A stretch of 64,000 nt of DNA, from contig NW_018404030.1 in NCBI RefSeq assembly GCF_002113885.1, positions 284,699 to 348,698 on the forward strand, in the 5' to 3' direction. The position numbers were made by a program, and so were the translations under genes. Shown here in pieces: positions 50,341 to 62,128 of the stretch (positions within the stretch are counted from its first letter, which is position 1; each line of letters starts with the position of its first letter). A model generated the notes under the pieces. That model was not told where the DNA came from, ran no database searches, and was given only the letters and a program-made list of their open reading frames with translations. The DNA is from Mizuhopecten yessoensis (lineage: Eukaryota).

Positions 50341-53300
50341 GTCTATTATCCTTGTACCTTTCCCAGAGTCGCTGTGTAATTTTTCCTTTTTCCATGTTCT
50401 GTCCTGATTTCATTAACTTTGAGTTACACATTTCGGTATCATCTCGTCGCTACAAAGGGACTTTCTCATTAATTGGACCAGTTGAGTTTACGGATAAACG
50501 TAATACATTTCAAAGTTTTACTAGGGCATCAAGTTTTCAAAATATAAAAAGGCAAAGTGGAGGTCAATGACGTCACATTTCTCCATACTTTATAACTATA
50601 AATAATCGCATTTATTAATCTAAATAGTAACTGGATCATTAAAAAGTGGAAATGATAATTGATTCATGAACATTTCTGAATAAATAATATTGACTAACGT
50701 AGACTCAGTGTATTTGTAAAATTTATCAAGTTATACGTTGGATGTCATGTTAATTACAAAATGTTATGAGTAATTTCATAATAAGACAAAATGAGCGTTG
50801 ATCAATGCTTTGTAGCACATTTTGATAAGTATTGAATCTAGGTCGGGGTCACGTAAGACTGGTAAGAAATATCTCTGTCAGATCCTGAGTGTAGTGTAGG
50901 AAGTATGGTACAGTGGTTGACTTATCTATACTACTTAAGGCTCAGCATGCCACACAAACATTAGATCATACAGCTCTCAGATATGACGGAGAAGGGATGA
51001 GTGACTGGCTACAGTACTGTGTACCAGGCCGTACAACGTCCCTCTCTGTGATCATAGCCCGGGACATAAACGCCAAGTGTTATTTCCCCCTTTTTATGAC
51101 ACATAGCAATACACAGAAGTATGATGAATGGAATATATCATAGAATGTTATCTCTAAACCACTTGCCGTAATCATACGACAAACTGACATGTGTATAACT
51201 AACCGTTGAAAATATTTGTAAAATATTGCAATGCAAAAAATCGTCGTGCTTGATAACGGTTACTTTACGTCGAAATCTAATAAGCACTTGTCTGTATCCA
51301 TCTGGATCTAGGAATGTTACATCTGCTGTGCATTTATTTCATCCCCAAACCACCTGACAACCAAAGCTACAAGTCTGTCTATTACTACCTTGTAGTTAGC
51401 TTATATGCCAAGGATAAAATATGTTCACTCACGAAACCTGACGACTGAAAACCTACAAAAACTATTACAACATTCCAAGCAATAACTGTTACGGAAATCG
51501 TTTATCACTAAATGCACTTCCTCTCGAACATAAATATTATACTAGAACTACCTCACCAGCTTACAGCTAACTATTTATGAAAGTATTGTCTGTTTTTCAA
51601 TCCAGTTATACTTGTGCTCTGTTGTGACAACTAAATACCTGAATATGCCCACTACTTTCATTACAATGTACCAAGAGGTGTGTATTGTACTACAACTTAT
51701 AAATCTGCGTATCCCACATCTCTGTGTTATGTACAACTCTCCTTGACAACTGCAATTCTGAATTTAAACATGCTTTATTGTTTTTGTATTGACCAATCAC
51801 ATGGTATTTATCATTCTGGATCTGTTTATACATGACATTTTGAACCATTTGTTATATATTGCAACATCCTTTACACAACGCCCCAAGTAATGTGATATAG
51901 TGCTTATACAATCTTTAAATTTTTCTATAAAATAACGCCAGTGTAAACAGAACGCATTGATGTTCATTAAATACATTGCTATTCTACTATATCCGATAAG
52001 AAGATGACAGGGAAACACTTAAGACAGCTATCAAATCACATGAATGGCACACAAAGTCTAGAATAGGGTAATCGGTGAATACCACATACTTTGATCATTT
52101 ACGACGCCAAAACAAAACCATGTTACTCCACGCCATTTGTTTTGGTTCTTTCTCTCCGCCAACAACATTATTTGGGCTGATGAGTATTTCTTCATCAAGC
52201 AAAATAAGCTTCCCCAACATTTCTAATTATGATAAATATCTAATTGTCCATGTACTTGAACGCCACACTGCTTAATCAAATTAGCTTATGGTGGCCTATG
52301 GACGGTGTCATTAACGGAGTTTATTTTAGTTCCACAGGAGACTGTAAAAGATGAACCCATGAAGGCATTCACTGCTGCTCGTTTGCGGTGTCGCCTTTCC
52401 TTTGGAATAAATAAGGAATAAACTGTACAGAGAGCTTATTCAAATAGTAATACATGTGTGTACATTATACCCGTGCCACAATAGTTTTAATGAGAAAACA
52501 AAAGGTTTGTTCTGTCTGATTGCCGTTACGAGATCTAAAAATGCTTTTTTTAAGATCAATTTTTCTTTTTCAATTAAACACCATGTACATAAGGTTGGGA
52601 AATTTACTTCTCGTAGAAATGTGCCTTGCTTGTTACAGGAATCATCTAAGAAGGTCAATTTCATTTGTCTCTATGTTTGAAAGCAACTTAAGATTTTCGT
52701 GATACGTACCACGTTCATATTCCCATATTTAACGAGGCACAGATCCCTGTTTGTAGTAGAACAGAAAAATCAAAACCAAAAAACTAAATAGTTTCGGGGT
52801 ACCACCATATTCACAGAAAAGGGTAAACCGATTACTCGTTAAACTACCTTCGACGTCGCACGCGTCCCTGTCAGTGACTGAACGTGTATGTACCACCTAT
52901 GTTCCGCTGATCCTAACGGTACAATTATGCGACTAACATCCCCTCCTTAGAGTAAACACCTAACCCCTAGGTACCGCGCATTCTTGTGCACGTGTAATCA
53001 AAGGCCACCGAATGCCTTGTTATGTTGCTTTAAAGCATTACGTACCTGTAGAACGCTACCCCTCACCTCCTGTTCTACATCTGGTTTATGTTTGTCTAAT
53101 TACCATACAAAATCAATAGCCGATTCTCAATGGTACGATATAGGCTGATCGTGACCGTGGAGAAACAAAGCGAAGGTTCAGATGTTTTGCACACAAACTT
53201 GATTCACGTTGATATTGTTTGATCAATGTATAAACGATGTACTTAGCATAATGATTTTGCATACATTTTTTATAGTTATTGAAAGCCAAGTAAAATGGAA

Positions 53301-53360
53301 AACTATACAATACAGCGTCAACACGTAGACAAACTCAAAGCTAAACCTCGATACATATCA

Positions 53361-53508
53361 AAATAAACGGAAAGAAAAATTGACGCCATAAAAATCAGAT
53401 GCAAAACTAAATCATAACTCAAACTGCATACAATTCAAAACAAACGGAAAGACAAAATCGACGCCATAAAAAACTGGATACAAAACTAAATCAAAACTCA
53501 ATCTCGAA
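53361..53508. repeat. Local ~78-bp imperfect tandem duplication
   Basis: aaacggaaaga.aaa.t.gacgccataaaaa...gat.caaaactaaatca.aactcaa occurs twice. Confidence 0.8.
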
Positions 53509-53787
53509 ACATCAATATCATTAAAAAAAAACGATGCGGAACAAGATGTTCCGAAAAGGTTACAGACATGTTTTTTTACCAAATTGATATTTAAAACTAA
53601 ATCTTGAATTGATGATCAGAATTATTCTGAGCCTTTTTCATTTCTGACATGGCTAAATGGAGGACATGGACAAAAAAAAAATCTTGTTTGTAATTTTTTG
53701 GTAATTTAGTGTGAAACAACGCCATTTTAGTGAATTATATTGTTCACTTACTAGGCTACAAGAATGTTATTTGAAATTAGCACTTAC

Positions 53788-53854
53788 CTGTCGCAGTCAT
53801 AAAAAACACATTCAGGAAGAGTAACGCAACTGATAATACGATTTTCCACAACAT
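53788..53854 (-). CDS. Ig-superfamily gene exon 1: signal peptide
   Basis: aaaATG context, MLWKIVLSVALLFLNVFFMTAT, perfect donor G|GTAAGT, phase 1 matching the downstream exons. Too short for the ORF track. Confidence 0.85.
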
Positions 53855-54017
53855 TTTGAAACGCCAAGATCACAGAATAATTCCCAGATAATCCAAGTGG
53901 TACTATGTCTCCAAAGAATGATGTGCAAGGGCCTTCAACTCTAAAACAGAGTCCTACACTCAAGTACTATAGTGTTTGCACGTCTTACACACGTCCGAGG
54001 GATAGCAGAGTGAGATA

Positions 54018-54025
54018 TTTATATA
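54018..54025 (-). promoter_or_regulatory. Putative TATA box of the Ig gene (TSS predicted near 53990)
   Basis: Minus strand TATATAAA about 165 bp upstream of the ATG, in a locally GC-richer region. Confidence 0.55.
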
Positions 54026-55680
54026 GTCCGTTATTACAGAAGCTATATTCGGCTAGTGTTACTTTCCCTATCCACTTTATCCCGAAGACTAACTCCCTAT
54101 CAGCCTAACAAGTCCCCAAACAGCGGGATAGAGAGAGCTCTTGACGCAGCCTTACTTAAGCTAACACGGGAAAGAAAAACACGGCGGTTTTTTTCGGGAA
54201 TACCCACAAAACTTATAACTAGTAAGGGTTTGACTGGAGTGACCCGTGGAGAGGCTGCGTCGGTAGGTACATGGAGTATAACTTCCAGCCTCCTCAGCCA
54301 GCCTGTGTGGTTCGCGGGCTAGAGATGGTGTCTGTCTGATGTCAGTCTTTGTCAGGATGTCACTTGTCCGCCTGTGGTCCTTCAATGAGAATGTCGATAT
54401 GTGCGGGCGCAGTTTAATGGTTCTACAATTTCATATATGGGAAATTAAAATTTCCCCTTCAATGCATGTGTTCTTGTTGTCACGGTGGACATTTGCCAAT
54501 TTTTAAGCCTGTTGGTATATGTATAGAATATATCACTGATGTGCCACCCACTGTATTAGTAAATGAAACACTACACTTCAAAAATTTATGTAACAGTTTG
54601 ACTCATTTCTAAATACACCTCAATAATGTGTATTTTGACCTGACATGTGAATGTCTATTAAATTTAAACGGACCCTTGAACTTATAATCCGTATTATGTT
54701 CACTTCCTTGTTTCGAGTACTTTATTGCATACAATATAACATAAAAAATACGTTTGAAATTAATTAGTCAGTTAAAGTATCGAATCACCCTCAGTCGATC
54801 GAAATTGTAAAATAATATTAACAGGTGTTCGAACTAATTTTTGGTATTTTTTTGTACACATAAGTCTGGTAAATAGAAAGCAAAAATGTCGTTTACTTTG
54901 GATTCCGTTATTGCTATGTTTAAAGAATCCCGAAGTTTTACTTTATCCTGACATGCACCCCAAGCAGCTCACCACTTAACCCACATTTTACGTAATCAGC
55001 GTTTCAGCTTTCCATGTGGCGTCTTTGCAAAGCGCTGCACAGTACGGTATAGCAATGATCATGCCTTGAGAATTTTCTGATATCTATGTAATAGTATATC
55101 TTCGTCGACGTTCAAAAGATAAAATTCAGGAACTAATGGACTTATTTACTGAAGTGGCTTTAAAATTTGTGCTATTCAATATCACAGGCGTCGACGTTTT
55201 TAAAACCCGATTTTTTGAGCCAGTTATGAAATTTTTATTTACGAATTTGAGTATATAGATAGATTCACCTCATTTTATACAAACATTTAGTGATTCCAAA
55301 AACTAGCTGTAAAACGGATATATCTGTTTGCTCTTTGTTTATATATTCTACTAGTCATTTTATATCAAACTTTCCTAATAAACAAAATAAATTGACTTAA
55401 TGATATATACTTTTATAAAATTAAATATGCGCGGATGACATGTTGAAAGCCTTGAGTTTATGTTTGATGCGTTTAACTCCCTTAAAATCTGCCAAAACGA
55501 CCTTTGATATGGGGCGAGGTATATTTGATAAACCCGTTAGCCCGAAACAAATAAAAAATACTGATGGTTCGCTCTTAAAATGACAAAGTCGTTACTCTCC
55601 GTTAATTCTGGTGATTCCTTGACGGTGGTACATCAATAACCTAGTGACAAGGTTTTTTGATCATCAGTGGAAACGTGAAA

Positions 55681-57650
55681 AGTCTGTTGTGCATCACTCA
55701 ATTAGTGATGAGTCTGTGGTGCATAACTAAATCAATAATAAGTCTGTGGTGCATCACTTAATCAATCAGTAAACCACAATTAATCTTTGGTGCATCACTT
55801 AATCACTAAACCACAATGAGTCTGTGGTGCATCACTTAATCAGCAATTAGTCTGTGGTGCATCACTTAATCAGCAATTAGTCTGTGGTGCATCACTTAAT
55901 CAATCACTAAACCACAATTAGTCTGTGGCGCATCACTTAATCACTAAACCACAATTAGTCTGTGGTGCATCACTTAATCACTAAACCACAATTAGTCTGT
56001 GGTGCATCACTTAATCACTAAACCACAATTAGTCTGTGGTGCATCACTTAATCACTAAACCACAATTAGTCTGTGGTGCATCACTTAATCACTAAACCAC
56101 AATTAGTCTGTGGTGCATCACTTAATCACTAAACCACAATTAGTCTGTGGTGCATCACTTAATCACTAAACCACAATTAGTCTGTGGTGCATCACTTAAT
56201 CACTAAACCACAATTAGTCTGTGGTGCATCACTTAATCACTAAACCACAATTAGTCTGTGGTGCATCACTTAATCACTAAACCACAATTAGTCTGTGGTG
56301 CATCACTTAATCACTAAACCACAATTAGTCTGTGGTGCATCACTTAATCACTAAACCACAATTAGTCTGTGGTGCATCACTTAATCACTAAACCACAATT
56401 AGTCTGTGGTGCATCACTTAATCACTAAACCACAATTAGTCTGTGGTGCATCACTTAATCACTAAACCACAATTAGTCTGTGGTGCATCACTTAATCACT
56501 AAACCACAATTAGTCTGTGGTGCATCACTTAATCACTAAACCACAATTAGTCTGTGGTGCATCACTTAATCACTAAACCACAATTAGTCTGTGGTGCATC
56601 ACTTAATCACTAAACCACAATTAGTCTGTGGTGCATCACTTAATCACTAAACCACAATTAGTCTGTGGTGCATCACTTAATCACTAAACCACAATTAGTC
56701 TGTGGTGCATCACTTAATCACTAAACCACAATTAGTCTGTGGTGCATCACTTAATCACTAAACCACAATTAGTCTGTGGTGCATCACTTAATCACTAAAC
56801 CACAATTAGTCTGTGGTGCATCACTTAATCACTAAACCACAATTAGTCTGTGGTGCATCACTTAATCACTAAACCACAATTAGTCTGTGGTGCATCACTT
56901 AATCACTAAACCACAATTAGTCTGTGGTGCATCACTTAATCACTAAACCACAATTAGTCTGTGGTGCATCACTTAATCACTAAACCACAATTAGTCTGTG
57001 GTGCATCACTTAATCACTAAACCACAATTAGTCTGTGGTGCATCACTTAATCACTAAACCACAATTAGTCTGTGGTGCATCACTTAATCACTAAACCACA
57101 ATTAGTCTGTGGTGCATCACTTAATCACTAAACCACAATTAGTCTGTGGTGCATCACTTAATCACTAAACCACAATTAGTCTGTGGTGCATCACTTAATC
57201 ACTAAACCACAATTAGTCTGTGGTGCATCACTTAATCACTAAACCACAATTAGTCTGTGGTGCATCACTTAATCAATCACTAAACCACAATTAGTCTGTG
57301 GTGCGTCACTTAATCAATCACTAAAACACAAATTGTCTGTGGTGCATCACTTAATCACTAAACCACAATTAGTCTGTGGTGCATCACCTAATCACTAAAC
57401 CACAATTAGTATGTGGTGCATCACTTAATCACTAAACCACAATTAGCCTGTGGTGCATCACTTAATCAGCAATTAGTCTGTGGTGCATCACTTAATTAGC
57501 AATTAGTTTGTGGTGCATCACTTAATCAATCACTAAACCACAATTAGTATGTGGTGCATCACTTAATCACTAAACCACAATTAGTCTGTGGTGCATCATT
57601 TATTAGTAATATGTCCGTAGTGTATCACTGAATTAGTAATTAGTCTGTGA
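55681..57650. repeat. 37-bp satellite (agtctgtggtgcatcacttaatcactaaaccacaatt), about 50 copies; homogeneous core with variant flanks
   Basis: About 35 apparently identical units at 55957-57270; shorter and degenerate units on both sides. Confidence 0.98.
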
Positions 57651-60512
57651 TACATCAACAAATCAGTCATAGGCCTAGGTCTGTGTTTCATAAATAAATT
57701 AGAAATACGTATGCGGTAATCTATAAAAGAGTAACAAGTTTGTAATGCATCATTAATTAATAACAATTATGAGTTCGTCACTAAATTATTAATAAGTATG
57801 TGGCGCATCAATAAATAAGTATACAATCAAATTACTGTATCATCACGTCGGTCGAACTTTCGCGGTTTAATATATAAAGCTCCAAAAAGACATCCAGGTG
57901 ATTGAATTTTAAGTAACACACTTGATTGTCAGTTGTTCAACCTACCCCTAAATTAGAGGTGAACGGATTTCGCGGGCTGAATAGTTCGTTGATTTTTTTC
58001 AGCCTTTACCGCATACATGTGATCTCTATGAAATAATGATTTTCTACTATCTTAAAGGTCCCTTCGCCTTTCTCTATGATATTTCAGTATGCCGAAGTAG
58101 ATTTCGTATTTGTTTTTAAACCTGATGTTAATAACACTTGATTGGCTTCTTGAAAGTAAAATCAATAATCTTATCATTTTCATTTGGTCAGTTCAATTTT
58201 TAGAATAAATAAACATACAGTTAATGTCTGTGTTAAAACAATGAATTTATCGTGACAAAATCTTTGCTGTCAAGTCAATGTGATACTTTCAACTGAACGC
58301 TGACAATTCAAACTTGTGACGCTTTTCATAACAATGCTAATATAATCCCTTCGTTCCACATTTTATATCACACTTATACTGTGAAATACGTCGATCTTCT
58401 CTGGCCCCGATAACCCCTCCTTATTGGATCAATTTAATCTACTGACAATGTAATAAAATGTACCACAAGGCGTGGTAATTAAGCTAATATGGTGCTATAT
58501 TGACGCGGTATGATCTTGATAAGCTATAACACGCTGTGAGCTCCTTGGGAATGAGGGGCGAGTCATCTTGTAGACTCTCAGGAAAGCCAGTAGGAGGTAC
58601 GCCCTTTACTCTCTAGCATGTGTTTTGATGTATCCTGAGCTAAATGCATTGACCATAAAGAAAGTTCACAAAGTGATGAACATTCATATATCCCCTCCAC
58701 ATGATAGAGGAACCTGATGACCTCTATAATCCCAGACATTCCTAGTCCCTCCTCCCCTGCTTCCCCCTGCTCTCCCCCGCGGCAGTCAATTTAGATGATT
58801 ACTTCAGGGAATAGACGAGTCTACCAATCTACATGTAATGACAGAGAGGCGCGTTACTTTTCCTGGGACATGTACCAAACCTCACGTGCGCGCGTGCTAT
58901 ACCTCCATACACCTATCATATTGTATTTACATGTTCTAAACATTCATTTCTTCAGGCTCTTTAGCATGTGCTGTTAAGATATATATGCAAAAGAGCATAC
59001 ATGTATGCTATATTAATTTGTCGGACAAATAAATGTTTTTCTTCACAGATGGTTAATGAAATTTACAAATCGATTGTTTTTCTATCCATTTTGTGGATTT
59101 TGTGCCTTTACGCGTTTCAAAAACCTCAAATGTCATGAATTAAGAGATTCATCTGTATTGGTCATGTAGTTTGCACATTGAGTTTGAAGTATATTTGTAA
59201 CAATGAATAATTTTCAATTTGTAAGAGGTATTAGGTAATTAATAATATGTATAATGAGTAACGGTGTATAAAATAACGAGTTCAGTCAACAACACATATT
59301 TTCATATATATCTGCATAAATCTTAAAACGGTCAACATTCAATCATCATTTAATCGAGACATCTTCATTTATCTGACAAACAAATCAATTGAAGTGTTGC
59401 ATACTCCTCAAAAATATTAAAAATCAATTCATTGCTGAATATATTTTAATTGATTATATTTAGGATAAAAAGGGGGAGGGAGGGGGGGGGTCCTAACGGA
59501 CACAATTGGTAAGCAAAAACCGCAGTCAGTATTAAAGCAACAACTGATTACGGTGCCACAACATTTGTACGGTGGAAATATATTCCTTATGCAGTTGACA
59601 TTTGTATATCCATAAACAGCAATATCTCAATTAATGGCATTGTTACTGTACTGTCACTGACGTTTATGAATGCAGAGGTTATCTCCCTTCCTTAACATTA
59701 GTGCAATGAAGCAGCAAAACATACCATACAGATAAAAGGCATTGGGCATATTCCTATATACAATGCATTTATATCACACAATACGTTTCAATCTCTTGAA
59801 ATCATATCGGGATATATATAAATAAACTGTTATATGACATTGTTGTAAGCTTTGTGCATCCTACAGTATATTAAACCCGAAACCTCTGTACTAGCCTGAG
59901 GGTTTTAGTTCGAGGGCTAGTAGAAAAACGAGGGTTGATACACAGGTGAAATAATGAAATTATCGTGTGAAATTTTAGTCATCATCAGATTGTGTATATC
60001 ATCTCTAGTAAATGATATATTTATAACATTTATAATAAACTTATCTATTATACACCATTAAACATCATCACCCAAGGCGAACTTCTCATAAATAAGGGAT
60101 TTTACATGCACATTTGCAATAAGTTTTTGCTAAATTGCATCAGAGTAGAAAATTGTAACGTTATAATGGTATTTTAGGCTTTAGTAAAATACCATACATT
60201 TGGTAAATTGCGGAGGCATGTAAAGCTATGTATTTACGTGTCGCATTTCAGTAATTTGACGCAAACGTTTTCACAGACTCACTGATAAACACATGTATAA
60301 ACAACACATAAAAACAAAGGTCCATAGAAATATCGCCCATTTTTCCGTTTTTAAATTCCTTTGATGATCAGTCAGTTAGCTGCTATGCGTAACCATGCGA
60401 TAAGAGATATATTTTGTCCGGAAACATCCCAAATGATATCAACATCAGACAAGAAAGGAAAGAAAAACATTTTCTCCTCGGGAAGGTGATATGACTTTGT
60501 GCGTTGTTCACA

Positions 60513-61000
60513 TACTGTAAAAGTAAAACTTTTCGCGAGTGGAAATGTTCACGTTGAGACCATTTAAAATGGTCGCGGTGTGAAAATTGTCGCGTTTGAA
60601 ATGGTTCTGAAATCGTTATCTTTCTATTTATCTATAATCTGTATAATCGCAAGCACTAACAAAATAATTATATCACACATACCGAAGACAAAGATGTGAC
60701 GAAATGCATAAAAACTATGAGAAGCAGCATTAATCTAACAATCCTACACGCTTCCCTTTGTTACAATAATCTATAAAACTAAATAATCACAAGTATGCTC
60801 TTCATACATGTAATAAATAATCCAAAGTATCGAACTTGGTATATTTCTTATATGCAAGAAGCGAATGCCTGATCATCTAGTTTTATAGATTATTGATTCC
60901 AAGGGTAGCGTGTATGAATGTTTACTAATGTTCTCGCGAATATACAGAGAGAAATAAAATCACAAAAAAAGTGGAAGTGAAATATATGTTTTCTACAATA
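60513..61000. mobile_element. Degenerate TA-flanked MITE (tactgtaaa...tttctacaata ends)
   Basis: Imperfect terminal inverted repeats with subterminal ttcgcg/cgcgaa motifs. Confidence 0.4.
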
Positions 61001-61451
61001 ATGATATATATACTACTAACTGTGTATTGCTCAACACATTATGTGAAATATTAAACACATTTGTTTATACTCCCAGTGTTCCCAGGCATTCCAATAATTC
61101 TACGTTCATAGGAATTATCTTAGCTGAGATTTCTGCAGTTATTCGAGTTTTACATATTTTTGGACTGACAGCCAAAGAAAACGATGTTGTGAATATATAT
61201 AGTCGGGGATCCAGACCCCCAAAATTGGAAAGGACATGACACGGCGCGATATACTTTTTGAATGTGTTTTTTCTATTAGTTTGGACATTAAGATGAGACA
61301 ATTGAGAGGTCTGCTCTGTCGGAAGCTTTGCGAAAAATAATTGTGGCCAATTTTGTACATGCATCCCCCTATTTTATAGCAAAAATATGAAAATATACAT
61401 TTTTGTTTCAAATCAATTGTAGGTGACGATGGCCGTCATCACATGCATTCC

Positions 61452-62128
61452 NNNNNNNNNNNNNNNNNNNNNNNNNNNNNNNNNNNNNNNNNNNNNNNNN
61501 NNNNNNNNNNNNNNNNNNNNNNNNNNNNNNNNNNNNNNNNNNNNNNNNNNNNNNNNNNNNNNNNNNNNNNNNNNNNNNNNNNNNNNNNNNNNNNNNNNNN
61601 NNNNNNNNNNNNNNNNNNNNNNNNNNNNNNNNNNNNNNNNNNNNNNNNNNNNNNNNNNNNNNNNNNNNNNNNNNNNNNNNNNNNNNNNNNNNNNNNNNNN
61701 NNNNNNNNNNNNNNNNNNNNNNNNNNNNNNNNNNNNNNNNNNNNNNNNNNNNNNNNNNNNNNNNNNNNNNNNNNNNNNNNNNNNNNNNNNNNNNNNNNNN
61801 NNNNNNNNNNNNNNNNNNNNNNNNNNNNNNNNNNNNNNNNNNNNNNNNNNNNNNNNNNNNNNNNNNNNNNNNNNNNNNNNNNNNNNNNNNNNNNNNNNNN
61901 NNNNNNNNNNNNNNNNNNNNNNNNNNNNNNNNNNNNNNNNNNNNNNNNNNNNNNNNNNNNNNNNNNNNNNNNNNNNNNNNNNNNNNNNNNNNNNNNNNNN
62001 NNNNNNNNNNNNNNNNNNNNNNNNNNNNNNNNNNNNNNNNNNNNNNNNNNNNNNNNNNNNNNNNNNNNNNNNNNNNNNNNNNNNNNNNNNNNNNNNNNNN
62101 NNNNNNNNNNNNNNNNNNNNNNNNNNNN
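61452..62128. other. Assembly gap (N run)
   Basis: Run of N. Confidence 1.

Noticed and set aside
51797-52018. Possible LINE ORF2 C-terminal zinc-knuckle relic (STISHYLGRC)
   Set aside because: Similarity is too weak to support by eye; needs a translated search against Repbase.
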